Shown here one piece after another: positions 29,634 through 41,312 of a stretch of DNA of 64,000 bases. This DNA is from Gammaproteobacteria bacterium (GTDB taxonomy: Bacteria; Pseudomonadota; Gammaproteobacteria; JBCCGL01), in assembly GCA_965277715.1 (NCBI GenBank), contig OZ255836.1, positions 1,280,001 to 1,344,000 on the forward strand, given 5' to 3'. A program made the position numbers and the translations under genes. The notes below the pieces were generated by a model that was not told the origin of the DNA, did no database searches, and saw nothing but the letters and a program-made list of their open reading frames with translations. Position 1 is the stretch's first letter; every line of letters starts with the position of its first letter.

Positions 29634-30404
29634 TTAAACATGATCAAGGTAATTGGACAGCTCATCGGCAGCATCCCGCAGGGCAGGCAAATAGGTGAGC
29701 GCATCATCCAGGGACATACGCGCAACCGGTGCCGTCACCGCTACACCGGCGACCATTCGCCCGCGGTTGTCAGTAATGGGCACCGACACGGCTATCATGC
29801 CAGAAATAAATTCCTCGTTATCCGTGGCGTAATTGCATTGGTGAATTTTAGCCAGCTCTGCGAGCAGGGCTTTACTGTCGACCAATGTATTTTTACCCAT
29901 TTTATCCAGTACCAGCGAACTGATTTTCCGCCGCTGTTCCTGCTCGCCCATCAACGCCATATACAGTTTACCATTGGCAGTGCAGTGCATGGGCACGCGT
30001 GTACCAACGGGCATATGCAATCGTAGCGGCCAGTGTGCCTCTACTCTATCGAGGTACATCATCTTTACACCATCGGGCACAGACAGGTTGCACGTTTCAC
30101 CTACTTTATCGACCAGTCTGGTGAGGATTTCATGGCGCACCATACGCACACTGTCGCTGCCTAACACAGACTGTGCCAGCGACAACAGGCGGTGGCCAAT
30201 GGTAAACCCCCGGCCACCAATCTGCCGGAGTAAATAATCTTCACTGACTAGTTTATCTGTCAGGCGGTAGAGGGTTGCACGGGGCAACCCACACAATGTT
30301 TCAAGTTCGCTAATACTCAGCACACGGTCTTCCCTACTGATCGTTTCGAGAACCAGTAACGCACGCAATGAGCGCTGATCCCCTCTATCTCTTTCTTCAG
30401 GCAT
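29634..30404 (-). CDS. IclR-family transcriptional regulator
   Basis: N-terminal HTH (SLRALLVLE...LPRATLYRL), GETCNL, PMHCTANGK, DNEEFISGMIAVSVP. Confidence 0.9.
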   Translation of the reverse strand: MPEERDRGDQRSLRALLVLETISREDRVLSISELETLCGLPRATLYRLTDKLVSEDYLLRQIGGRGFTIGHRLLSLAQSVLGSDSVRMVRHEILTRLVDKVGETCNLSVPDGVKMMYLDRVEAHWPLRLHMPVGTRVPMHCTANGKLYMALMGEQEQRRKISSLVLDKMGKNTLVDSKALLAELAKIHQCNYATDNEEFISGMIAVSVPITDNRGRMVAGVAVTAPVARMSLDDALTYLPALRDAADELSNYLDHV

Positions 30405-30446
30405 CTAAGCGTACTTCACAGCCGCAGCAGAAACAGAACAACGTGC

Positions 30447-31436
30447 CTAAGGTCGCAGCACCACTTTTGGTGCAGCGCAGCGACCCGCGTGTAGATCGGC
30501 AAATGCCTGCCCACCTTCAGCGAGTGGTCGCTCCTGCAGCCAATCGAGCGTACCGTAGGCCCCTGCATGCAGTTTACTTGCGGCCACCTTAAGGTCCTGC
30601 ATCGTATAGGTGTAGCTGCCTATAACAGTCACTTCCTGCAAGGTCATATAGCGTGCATCCAGGCCGCCCTCGTTATCCTGTAGACCCACGTGAACAATAA
30701 CGCCGCCAGGGTTCACAGCCTTGCACGAAAATGCGCGTGTATGTTTGCTGCCAACCGCGTCGATAATGACATCGTATTGAGGTGATTCCACGGGTTCATT
30801 GATTGGATCAAAAACATGGGTAACCCCTGCTTTTGCAGCGACATCCCGACGCAGTGCATTCGTTTCCGCCAAGTGCACCGCAGAGGCACCGTGGTCACGT
30901 AGAACCAATGCGGCAAACAGACCAACGGCACCACCGCCAATTACAAGCGTACGCATCTCACTAATTGGCCGATACACGACACGCGCCGCCAGCATCACCG
31001 CATGCAAGGCAGTGCCACACGGCTCGGTAAGTGCAGCCTGTGCCTCACTCATATCATCGGGGATATCGATAAGATTGCAGTCGTTGACAGCGATATGTGT
31101 GGCAAATGCACCGGGGCGATACATGCCAATAATGTCCCGCTGTGAACAAATATTGCTGCGCCCACCCAGGCAGGCACTGCATTCACCACAGGTCGCCAGT
31201 GGGTTCAGTGCCACACGGCGTCCGGCAAAACGGCCTGTAACCACGGTGCCCACCGCTTCATGGCCCAATATCAATGGCGGCACCCGGCGTTCATCGTGCC
31301 CCATATAAGCGTGCATATCTGACCCGCAGATACCCACAGCGCTAATCGCAATAACACTCTCGCCGTCAGCCGGAACTGGCTCTGGTTCATCGCGATAGTC
31401 GAGTTGTTGCCTGCCTGTATAAACCAATGCCTTCAT
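30447..31436 (-). CDS. hpsP: Zn-dependent alcohol dehydrogenase, HpsP-like
   Basis: GICGSDMH, GHE, structural Zn CGECSAC...C; third gene after hpsN and hpsO. Confidence 0.75.
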   Translation of the reverse strand: MKALVYTGRQQLDYRDEPEPVPADGESVIAISAVGICGSDMHAYMGHDERRVPPLILGHEAVGTVVTGRFAGRRVALNPLATCGECSACLGGRSNICSQRDIIGMYRPGAFATHIAVNDCNLIDIPDDMSEAQAALTEPCGTALHAVMLAARVVYRPISEMRTLVIGGGAVGLFAALVLRDHGASAVHLAETNALRRDVAAKAGVTHVFDPINEPVESPQYDVIIDAVGSKHTRAFSCKAVNPGGVIVHVGLQDNEGGLDARYMTLQEVTVIGSYTYTMQDLKVAASKLHAGAYGTLDWLQERPLAEGGQAFADLHAGRCAAPKVVLRP

Positions 31437-31472
31437 ACTGTTTCTCTGGGGGAAGTTGTAATACCTTTAATG

Positions 31473-32243
31473 CTATTTGGCAGTGAAGCCACCATCGACC
31501 GCCAGTGTTTGCCCAGTAATATAATTGGACGCAGATGATGCAAGAAATATACTGGCACCGCGTAAATCCTCCAGCTCACCATTGCGACCAATAGCGGTTT
31601 GCCCGGCAAACCTGGCCGACATTTCAGGGTTTTCAAATACTTTTGCGGTTAAGTCAGTCGGGAAAAAACCGGGCGCGATGGCGTTGCACATAATACCATC
31701 ACATGACCAGGCTTCGGCCATCGCACGGGTCAACTGGCAGACGCCGCCTTTGGAAGCTCCATAGGGCAGACCATTGGCAAAGGCACGGGTCGACTGCAAC
31801 GAAGCGATATTAATCACACGACCATAGCCTGCACGGCGCATACCGGGCACCAATTCACGCGACAAAAAAAACGGCACAGCCAGGTTTAGGTTTATCGTTG
31901 TATCCCAACTTTGCAGGGAAATAGACTCAACCGGCTCACGCAAATTAACCCCGGCAGCATTGACGACAATGTGAATATCACCAAAGCATTCACCGGCTCG
32001 CTGCGCAATATCAGGTATCGTTTCACGTACCGACAAATCGGCGGCGAGCGTGCGTGCCTCACCCCCGTGGCGTTCAATCGATGCCGCCACCTCACTTAAC
32101 TGGGCCTCACGGCGCGCCAGCAACACGACGGCAGCACCGGCATCAGCCAGGGCACTGGCCATCAGTTGGCCAATCCCCGCGCTGGCACCACTCACCAGCG
32201 CAACGCGCCCTTTCAGTGAAAATAGCGTGTCGAGTACCTGCAT
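31473..32243 (-). CDS. hpsO: Short-chain dehydrogenase, HpsO-like
   Basis: SGASAGIG, NAAG, YGASK, NAIAPGFFPT; abuts hpsN. Confidence 0.75.
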   Translation of the reverse strand: MQVLDTLFSLKGRVALVSGASAGIGQLMASALADAGAAVVLLARREAQLSEVAASIERHGGEARTLAADLSVRETIPDIAQRAGECFGDIHIVVNAAGVNLREPVESISLQSWDTTINLNLAVPFFLSRELVPGMRRAGYGRVINIASLQSTRAFANGLPYGASKGGVCQLTRAMAEAWSCDGIMCNAIAPGFFPTDLTAKVFENPEMSARFAGQTAIGRNGELEDLRGASIFLASSASNYITGQTLAVDGGFTAK

Positions 32244-33593
<1,350 letters not shown>

Positions 33594-33662
33594 TCAATAA
33601 ATAATAATAGGTTATTTTTACGTTCAGACGTAAGCCGTCTGTAGCAGAATAAAATAGTGATA

Positions 33663-33692
33663 TATCGCTAAAAATAAATATTTTTAGCGATA
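33663..33692. promoter_or_regulatory. Perfect 14-bp-arm palindrome upstream of hpsN (candidate operator)
   Basis: TATCGCTAAAAATA-AA-TATTTTTAGCGATA, about 80 bp before the hpsN start. Confidence 0.55.
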
Positions 33693-33951
33693 GATTGTTT
33701 ACCCGTTCAGGTAATTAGGTAACCACAGTACGATTTGTGGAAAGATGATAATCATTATCAGGCCAATCAATTGGATGGCCATAAACTACATCATACCGCC
33801 GTATGTATCCTTCAAATCCCACTCTGGCACATAGTAGGATGAGTATCTTTGATTGAAATAGGCTTTGCAATACGAAAGTATCATTTTTAGGACTTGAAAG
33901 TACCAGTAGTGAGACAAAAAAACTGAAATAAAAAATCACCCGAAGACGTAG

Positions 33952-34001
33952 CCTAGATATCATCTATTGGCTTGTGTGCAAGTTAATGCATGGGGTCTAG
34001 A
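33952..34001 (+). repeat. 50-bp CTAG-ended palindromic element, copy A
   Basis: CCTAGATATCATCTATTGGCTTGTGTGCAAGTTAATGCATGGGGTCTAGA; 44/50 identical to the reverse complement of 46934-46983. Confidence 0.85.
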
Positions 34002-34272
34002 ATGCCGTTGATGCGAAAAAGCGGTATCAGGCACGAGGGTGCCAGTAGAATTGGAAATGATGAAGGTTGCCACAAACGTTTACCCAGTAGCCCAGAGGTA
34101 AAAAAAACAGGCTACCAGGTGCCTTGGAAACAAGATTCAAAACATGACAACATTCCTTAACTTACCCCAAAGATGACAGCATTTCCTTAACAGCGGTGAA
34201 CCAAACTGTGGGGCAAGCAAAAAGTATATCTTTACAATCCATTGATAATGATGAAAAGATACACAAAAATAA

Positions 34273-34365
34273 TGGCGGAGAGAGAGGGATTCGAACCCTC
34301 GATGGAGCTATTAACCCCATACTCCCTTAGCAGGGGAGCGCCTTCAGCCGCTCGGCCATCTCTCC
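34273..34365 (-). tRNA. tRNA-Ser(GCT)
   Basis: GGAGAGATGGCCGAGCGGCTGAAGGCG..., anticodon arm CTCCC-CTGCTAA-GGGAG, long variable arm, GTTCGAATCC T-loop, encoded CCA; usual position after csrA. Confidence 0.97.
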
Positions 34366-34502
34366 ATTGTTATTACAATAAACAACAACCAGGATATGGT
34401 TAAGAATACCCCGTGAAAACTAAACCGTAAAGACAAAAATGTCTAAACTAACTACCGCCATACTGTGTAAGCTATGGCGTGCAGTTGTCGCACTTTCAAA
34501 CG

Positions 34503-34724
34503 TTATTCAGCAACATTACCAATAGCATCAGGGTCTGGCGCATAGCCACCCATGTTTGCCTGTTCACGCTTTATACGTTCGTAAATCTCCTCTCGATGAA
34601 CCGCTATTTCCTTAGGAGCATTCACACCAATGCGCACCTGGTTACCCTTTACCCCTAAAACGGTAACGGTAACCTCGTCACCAATCATCAGTGTCTCTCC
34701 AACACGTCTCGTTAAAATCAACAT
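34503..34724 (-). CDS. csrA: Carbon storage regulator CsrA
   Basis: [48 protein letters not shown]. Confidence 0.98.
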   Translation of the reverse strand: MLILTRRVGETLMIGDEVTVTVLGVKGNQVRIGVNAPKEIAVHREEIYERIKREQANMGGYAPDPDAIGNVAE

Positions 34725-34868
34725 TTAAAATTCTCCCGGAATCCTAAGCCAAGCTTGAGCAGACTATACCGCCCAACCCCATATAAACTTAAGTACTATA
34801 GTAATAAGGTAGCAATTATACCTGAAACGGCAAGCATTTAATTCGTTCAGGCGATTAATAATGACCGT

Positions 34869-36131
34869 TTAGGCGGCCACTGTCGTGCTTGTCATCACCT
34901 CCTCTCCCAAATCTAATGGTTTATCCAGCTCGAACGCGGCGTGTAGAGCCCGCACACCCAGTTCGAGGTAGCGTTCCTCCACCAGAACCGAAATTTTTAT
35001 TTCAGAGGTGGATATCATACGTATGTTAATGCCTTCCGCCGCCAGTGCTTCAAACATTTTACTGGCAATACCGGCGTGTGATCGCATGCCGACACCAACA
35101 ATTGAAATTTTTACCGTTTTATCATCACCATCAACTTTGCTGGCCTGTAGCTCTTTGGCAGTCACGCGCAAAATATCCAGGCTTCGCTGATAATCGCTAC
35201 GGTTCACCGTAAACGTAAAATCGGTTACCCCATTACCCACATTTTGTACGATCATATCGACTTCGATATTGGCCTGGGCGATAGGCCCCAGTATTTTGAA
35301 TGCAATACCCGGTGTATCTGGAACCCCCGCTATGGTTAGCTGTGCTTCATCGCGATTAAATGCAATGCCAGAAATCAATGCCTGTTCCATCGCCTGCTCC
35401 TCGTCATAAGTAATCAGTGTGCCGTTACCGGCTTTAAAGGTCGACAAAACGCGTAAGGGTACATTGTATTTGCCTGCAAATTCAACTGATCGGATTTGCA
35501 AAACCTTAGAGCCCAGGCTGGACATTTCAAGCATTTCCTCGAAAGTGACCTTATTCAGGCGCCGCGCTTCAGGCACCACCCGTGGGTCGGTGGTATAGAC
35601 GCCATCGACATCGGTAAATATCTGGCATTCATCTGCCTGCAAAGCCGCCGCCAACGCAACCCCGGAAGTATCTGAACCACCGCGCCCCAAGGTGGTGATA
35701 TTGCCGCCCTGGTCAACCCCTTGGAAGCCCGCAACCACGACAACAGCGCCAGCATTCAGATCATGCATTATGCGTTCAGAATCAATACTGCTAATACGGG
35801 CTTTATTGTGCACACTGTCGGTCAGTATTTTAACTTGAGCCCCTGTATAAGAGCGCGCCTTGCAACCGCGTTCGATCAATGCCATGCACAACAATGCAAT
35901 AGTGACTTGCTCACCCGTGGATACCAATACATCGTATTCGCGTGGATCTGGTTGTGATGAAATTTCGTGAGACAGCGCGATCAGACGGTTGGTTTCACCA
36001 CTCATCGCAGAAACCACCACGACCAATTGGTGTCCCTCTTTGTGCGATTGCACAATTTTATCGGCCACATTGCCAATACGTTCGACCGTACCAACCGATG
36101 TGCCACCATATTTTTGAACAAATAAACTCAT
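34869..36131 (-). CDS. lysC: Aspartate kinase
   Basis: VQKYGGTSV, TTLGRGGSDT, TDVDGVYTTDPR, ACT domains; alaS-lysC-csrA order. Confidence 0.95.
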   Translation of the reverse strand: MSLFVQKYGGTSVGTVERIGNVADKIVQSHKEGHQLVVVVSAMSGETNRLIALSHEISSQPDPREYDVLVSTGEQVTIALLCMALIERGCKARSYTGAQVKILTDSVHNKARISSIDSERIMHDLNAGAVVVVAGFQGVDQGGNITTLGRGGSDTSGVALAAALQADECQIFTDVDGVYTTDPRVVPEARRLNKVTFEEMLEMSSLGSKVLQIRSVEFAGKYNVPLRVLSTFKAGNGTLITYDEEQAMEQALISGIAFNRDEAQLTIAGVPDTPGIAFKILGPIAQANIEVDMIVQNVGNGVTDFTFTVNRSDYQRSLDILRVTAKELQASKVDGDDKTVKISIVGVGMRSHAGIASKMFEALAAEGINIRMISTSEIKISVLVEERYLELGVRALHAAFELDKPLDLGEEVMTSTTVAA

Positions 36132-36172
36132 TGTTATCTTTAGTGCCTGCCTCGTATTTTGGCCGTATTTTG

Positions 36173-38782
36173 CTAGTGATTGGGCAGTTGTTGCCGTACC
36201 CAGCGAGGCACGGAACTCAATGCACTCGCCAGGTTCTCTGGTTGGTTCCCACCGGCCTGAGCCATATCTGCACGCCCGCCCCCTTTGCCGCCTATTTGCG
36301 TGGCAACCATATTGACCATATCGCCCGCACGAATCTGGTGCATCAGTGGTTTTGCCACCCGCGCCACCAGCATGACCTTACCATTATCGACGCCAGCCAA
36401 TACAATCACTGCATTGGCAATTTTATCGCTGAGTCTATCGGCTGTCTCGCGTAAAACTTTGCTATCAGGTACACCTTCAAGCTTGACAGCGAGCACATTG
36501 ACCCCCTCTATATCGATAACGCTTTTAGTGAGCTGCTCACCCGCCTGCGCCGCCAGTTTTTGTTGCAACTGTGCAGTCTCTTTTTCCAGCGCTTTATTGC
36601 GGTCAAGTACTTGTTGTACTTTGTGCTCCAGATTGTCACGCGAGGTTTTCACTGAGTGCGCAAGCCTCGACAGCAGGTTAGCATTCTTCTCCACATCAAG
36701 AAGTGCAATATCGCCCGTAATAGCCTCTATCCGTCGCACACCCGAAGCAACCCCGGTCTCTGACAGAATGCGGAACAACCCAATATCGCCTGTGCGCCCA
36801 ACATGGGTGCCGCCACACAATTCCACAGATACCTCCCCCATAGCGACAACACGCACCTGTTCGCCATACTTTTCACCAAATAGGGCCAGTGCACCCGCTG
36901 TAAGCGCCTCATCCATACTCATTTCGCGCACGCTGCTGGTATGGTTTTGGCGAATAGCTAAATTAACCCACCCCTCAAGCTCATCCAGGATATCCCGATC
37001 TATTGGTTGATTATGTGAGAAATCAAAGCGCAGGTAATCGGGCGCAACCAGCGACCCCTTCTGCTCGACATGATCACCCAATATGCCGCGCAAGGCAGCG
37101 TGCAATAAATGCGTCGCAGAATGATTGAGTACTATCGCCTCGCGTCTAGCGGCATCAATGTGGGCATCAGTAACATGCCCAACGCGTAGCGCACCACTGG
37201 TCTGTCGACCAATATGCACCACTACATCGCCTTGTTTTTGCGTATCCTCAACGGCAAATTCGGTCCGGCCGCTCTTTAGCACGCCCGTATCGCCAAGCTG
37301 CCCGCCGGACTCCCCATAAAAAGGGGTTTTATCGAGCACCACAATTCCTTGCTGTCCCTGCTCCAATTGATCGACTGATTCGCTACCGCTGTATAACGCC
37401 AGAACCCGGCCCTGCCCGGTGGTGGCGTGATACCCCACAAATTCACTGGGCACATCAACGGCAACCCGCTGTTGGTCAGCAACGGCGAATTGCTGGTGCG
37501 AACGAGCCAGTGAACGCTGAACATCCATCGCCTTTTCAAAGCCCACCTGATCTACACGCAAATTGCGTTCACGGGCAATATCAGCGGTCAGATCGATGGG
37601 AAAGCCATAGGTATCATAAAGCTTGAATAGCACATCACCGGGAATCAAATCATCGGTCAACCCGGAAATGGTTTCTTCAAGAATTTTCATTCCTATCGCC
37701 AGGGTTTCATTAAAGCGCGTCTCTTCCGCCAGCAGCGCCTGCTCAATACGCGACTGATTACTCAGTAGCTCAGGGTAAGCCTCTCCCATTTCCTTAGCGA
37801 GCGCATCAACCAGTTTGTAAAAAAATGCCGATGTAGCACCTAATTTATGGCCGTGCCGTGCCGCACGGCGAATAATACGGCGCAATACATAACCGCGACG
37901 CTCATTTGACGGCATCACACCATCGACAATCAGAAATGCACACGAGCGTATGTGATCGGCGATCACCCGCAAAGACTTGTTTTCCAAATCGTCAACTGAC
38001 AACAGGCTTGCAGTCGCACGAATCAGGTTTTGAAATAGGTCGGTATCGTAATTGCTGTGCACGCCCTGCAAAACGGCTGCGATGCGTTCAAGGCCCATAC
38101 CTGTATCGACACTGGGCTTGGGTAGTGGTGTCAAGCTGCCATCGGCAGCACGGTCATACTGCATAAACACCAGATTCCATATTTCAATATAGCGGTCACC
38201 GTCTTCTTCAGGTGTACCCGGTGGGCCACCCCAGACATCGGGGCCATGATCGTAAAAAATCTCCGAACACGGCCCACAAGGCCCCGTCTCGCCCATTTGC
38301 CAGAAGTTATCCTTGGCACCAATGCGCGCAATCCGCTCACGTGGCACGCCGATATGCTGCTCCCAGAGTGTAAACGCTTCATCGTCTTCCTCATAGACCG
38401 TTACCCACAAACGGTCTTTGGGCATCTTTAACTCAACCGTCAAAAACTGCCAGGCGTATTCAATCGCCTCACGTTTAAAATATTCACCAAAGCTGAAGTT
38501 GCCCAGCATTTCAAAAAATGTGTGATGGCGAGCGGTGTAGCCAACATTATCAAGGTCATTGTGTTTGCCACCTGCACGCACACAACGTTGACTGGTAGTC
38601 GCACGGCTGTAGTGGCGTTTTTCCACACCGAGAAATAAATCTTTAAACTGCACCATACCCGCATTGGTAAACAACAGGGTTTTATCATTTGCTGGCACTA
38701 AAGGGCTAGACGCGACAATCTGGTGGCCATGACCTTGAAAGTAGCCCAGAAATTTCTGGCGTATCGCGGAAACTGTGATCAT
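36173..38782 (-). CDS. alaS: Alanine--tRNA ligase
   Basis: [47 protein letters not shown]. Confidence 0.98.
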   Translation of the reverse strand: MITVSAIRQKFLGYFQGHGHQIVASSPLVPANDKTLLFTNAGMVQFKDLFLGVEKRHYSRATTSQRCVRAGGKHNDLDNVGYTARHHTFFEMLGNFSFGEYFKREAIEYAWQFLTVELKMPKDRLWVTVYEEDDEAFTLWEQHIGVPRERIARIGAKDNFWQMGETGPCGPCSEIFYDHGPDVWGGPPGTPEEDGDRYIEIWNLVFMQYDRAADGSLTPLPKPSVDTGMGLERIAAVLQGVHSNYDTDLFQNLIRATASLLSVDDLENKSLRVIADHIRSCAFLIVDGVMPSNERRGYVLRRIIRRAARHGHKLGATSAFFYKLVDALAKEMGEAYPELLSNQSRIEQALLAEETRFNETLAIGMKILEETISGLTDDLIPGDVLFKLYDTYGFPIDLTADIARERNLRVDQVGFEKAMDVQRSLARSHQQFAVADQQRVAVDVPSEFVGYHATTGQGRVLALYSGSESVDQLEQGQQGIVVLDKTPFYGESGGQLGDTGVLKSGRTEFAVEDTQKQGDVVVHIGRQTSGALRVGHVTDAHIDAARREAIVLNHSATHLLHAALRGILGDHVEQKGSLVAPDYLRFDFSHNQPIDRDILDELEGWVNLAIRQNHTSSVREMSMDEALTAGALALFGEKYGEQVRVVAMGEVSVELCGGTHVGRTGDIGLFRILSETGVASGVRRIEAITGDIALLDVEKNANLLSRLAHSVKTSRDNLEHKVQQVLDRNKALEKETAQLQQKLAAQAGEQLTKSVIDIEGVNVLAVKLEGVPDSKVLRETADRLSDKIANAVIVLAGVDNGKVMLVARVAKPLMHQIRAGDMVNMVATQIGGKGGGRADMAQAGGNQPENLASALSSVPRWVRQQLPNH

Positions 38783-38831
38783 TCGGTATGGGTACTACTT
38801 ATAGTTACACGGTAAAACAGCACTGAATTTG

Positions 38832-39308
38832 TTAGCTTGCAACAGGAGCTTGCAGCACGCCTTTGATAATATCGCCAGAAAACCCTCGCGATAACAAAAA
38901 GCGCTGCTGTTTCATCAACAATTTCTGATCAGTATTAGCAATGAAGGCAAACTTTTTGTCAAAAGCGCGTTGTGCGATAGGCTGCCAATCGATCATGGCA
39001 TCGGCAAAACAATCGTCAATACACGCGTCATCAACACCTTTTTGCAAAAGTTCCGCACGCACTTTGCGCTCACCATAACCCTTGCCTACACGTTGGCGAA
39101 TGTACTCTGAGGCAGCTCGCTCGTCACTCAGCATGCCCTCATCGTCAAGGGTTTGCAGTACTGAATCGATAACAGACGAAGCTATACCCCGGGAAGCCAG
39201 TTTGACCGACATTTCATGGTGTGTATGCTCCCTTAGTGCCAATATTTTCAATGCACTGTTTTTGACCTGAGCTAGCGTCTTTGGCAGATCGGCATCATCC
39301 ATTGTCAT
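38832..39308 (-). CDS. recX: Regulatory protein RecX
   Basis: ALKILALREH, LSDER, KGYGERKVRAELLQKGV, RFLLSRGFS; downstream of recA. Confidence 0.9.
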   Translation of the reverse strand: MTMDDADLPKTLAQVKNSALKILALREHTHHEMSVKLASRGIASSVIDSVLQTLDDEGMLSDERAASEYIRQRVGKGYGERKVRAELLQKGVDDACIDDCFADAMIDWQPIAQRAFDKKFAFIANTDQKLLMKQQRFLLSRGFSGDIIKGVLQAPVAS

Positions 39309-39309
39309 C

Positions 39310-40347
39310 TTATCCTCCGTTGCTCAATTCCCCGGGCTGTTCCTCTGGCTTTTTATTCGATGTCAACAACAAAGCGCGCAGTTTAGTTTCCAGCTCAGCC
39401 GCTTTTTCCGGGTGTTCTTTCAGGTAATTGCGCACATTGTCTTTGCCTTGCCCTATACGGTCACCGTTGTAGCTATACCAGGCACCGGCTTTATCGACCA
39501 TACTGTTCTTGACGCCCAGATCAATCAGTTCGCCCTCTCGCGAACTGCCTTCACCGTAGAGAATTTCAAACTCAGCCTGTTTAAAGGGTGGCGCCATTTT
39601 GTTTTTGACCACCTTGACCCGCGTTTCATTGCCGATCACTTCATCACCTTTTTTGATTGCGCCTATACGGCGGATATCCAGGCGTACCGACGCATAAAAT
39701 TTAAGTGCGTTACCGCCCGTAGTGGTTTCCGGGCTACCAAACATCACACCAATTTTCATTCGAATCTGGTTGATAAATATAACCAGCGCGTTGGAGCGTT
39801 TGATATTTGCAGTGAGTTTACGCAACGCCTGCGACATCAGCCTTGCGTGCAGGCCAACGTGTGAATCCCCCATATCCCCTTCAATTTCGGCCTTTGGTGT
39901 CAACGCTGCAACCGAATCGACGACCACTAAATCAACCGCTCCAGAGCGCACCAGCATATCGGTAATTTCCAGGCCCTGATCACCAGTATCTGGCTGCGAT
40001 ACCAACAGGTCATCAACATTGACACCCAGCTTCTCGGCATAAGTGGGATCGAGCGCGTGCTCAGCGTCGACAAACGCCGCCGTACCACCCGCTTTCTGAC
40101 ACTCGGCAATCGTCTGCAGGGCCAGCGTTGTTTTGCCCGAAGACTCAGGACCATAGATTTCGACCACCCGACCCTTGGGTAATCCACCAATACCGAGGGC
40201 GATATCGATACTCAGAGAACCTGTTGAGATAAATTCAATATCACGTACTGCACTGGCATCCCCCATGCGCATAACAGCGCCTTTGCCGAATTGCTTTTCT
40301 ATCTGCCCAAGTGCAGCAGCCAGTGCTTTTTTACGATTATCATCCAC
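39310..40347 (-). CDS. recA: Recombinase RecA
   Basis: [35 protein letters not shown]. Confidence 0.99.
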   Translation of the reverse strand: MDDNRKKALAAALGQIEKQFGKGAVMRMGDASAVRDIEFISTGSLSIDIALGIGGLPKGRVVEIYGPESSGKTTLALQTIAECQKAGGTAAFVDAEHALDPTYAEKLGVNVDDLLVSQPDTGDQGLEITDMLVRSGAVDLVVVDSVAALTPKAEIEGDMGDSHVGLHARLMSQALRKLTANIKRSNALVIFINQIRMKIGVMFGSPETTTGGNALKFYASVRLDIRRIGAIKKGDEVIGNETRVKVVKNKMAPPFKQAEFEILYGEGSSREGELIDLGVKNSMVDKAGAWYSYNGDRIGQGKDNVRNYLKEHPEKAAELETKLRALLLTSNKKPEEQPGELSNGG

Positions 40348-40460
40348 GTTTTTATTCGCCCCCCAGGACTACCAAACAGGCCACCAAACGGGCCAACTAA
40401 ATAGCCGACAAGTATTGCATAACTTTGTTTTGTCTAACAGACCCCCGCTGTAAAAATAGT

Positions 40461-40739
40461 CTACTCAGGTGTTTGTGCAGAGACCTGAACGCGCAACGCC
40501 TCCAGCGCATTTTGCTTTATTTGCAGGTCTCTATCGCTATCATCCAACTGGGCGCGCATTTCATGTAACGCCTGCAGGGTCTGCTGGTACTTTCGCTGCA
40601 CCTCAGACAACTGCTGGCGTTGCGCTTCAAGCAGTCTGACAGCGCTGTCATCGACCACCTCAGGGGGGTCACTACCACCACACGCTGCAACCAAAACGAC
40701 GCCCATTAACAATACAGTGCTGATTTTTTTGTGTTTCAT
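40461..40739 (-). CDS. Hypothetical small coiled-coil lipoprotein
   Basis: MKHKK, hydrophobic core, lipobox VAAC, Q/L-rich heptad helix; ATGA overlap with the cinA stop. Confidence 0.7.
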   Translation of the reverse strand: MKHKKISTVLLMGVVLVAACGGSDPPEVVDDSAVRLLEAQRQQLSEVQRKYQQTLQALHEMRAQLDDSDRDLQIKQNALEALRVQVSAQTPE

Positions 40740-41269
40740 CTTTTTAAACGCTCAATTACGCGACGCATAGCGTGCTCGGCAGCCTGGTGCCGGATATATT
40801 CGCGGTCGCCAGCAAAGAGGCGCCGCTCAGTAAACAGTGACTCACCCGCAGGTATTCCACTCCCTGATAAGCCACCGGCGTACGCCCAGGCAAACCAAAC
40901 AGTGCCGACAGGTTTTTCCTCACTGCCACCCGATGGCCCTGCCACACCGCTGATAGCAATGGCAATCTGTGCCTGGCTATTGACAGCACTGCTGGCAGCC
41001 AGGGCACCTGCCGCCATTTCCCTGACAACCGCATCACTGACGGCACCGTACTCGGCAATACTGGCCTCATTCACAGCCAGCATTTCCCGCTTGGCTTCAT
41101 TGGTATAACTGATAAAAGCGCGGTCAAACCAGGCTGAACTGCCAGCGACATCGGTCACGCGTTTTGCCAACAACCCGCCCGTGCACGATTCTGCCGTAAT
41201 GAGTGATGCACCTGCGGCCAGTAGCTGTCGACCAAACTCAACAGCAATATTGTCGGTTTCTTTATCCAT
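40736..41269 (-). CDS. cinA: CinA C-terminal domain / NMN deamidase PncC
   Basis: TAESCTGG, GSSAWFD, YTNEAK, GAVS, SGVAGPSGG, KPVGTVW. Confidence 0.92.
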   Translation of the reverse strand: MDKETDNIAVEFGRQLLAAGASLITAESCTGGLLAKRVTDVAGSSAWFDRAFISYTNEAKREMLAVNEASIAEYGAVSDAVVREMAAGALAASSAVNSQAQIAIAISGVAGPSGGSEEKPVGTVWFAWAYAGGLSGSGIPAGESLFTERRLFAGDREYIRHQAAEHAMRRVIERLKR

Positions 41270-41312
41270 AGAGTAGACACCTTTTAAAAAAGCTATCCGT
41301 TACAATAGCCCG

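Noticed and set aside
33715-33963. 82-aa ORF near tRNA-Ser
   Set aside because: Begins inside the 50-bp repeat, has no recognisable motif, and is likely spurious.
36285-37010. 241-aa antisense ORF within alaS, and the many similar shadow ORFs in the track
   Set aside because: Fully overlaps a well-supported gene on the opposite strand; its composition is typical of antisense frames.
40425-40440. LexA box upstream of recA (TTGT-TTTGTCTA-ACAG)
   Set aside because: Mismatch in the near-invariant CTG half-site and no similar box seen before recN; too weak to call.
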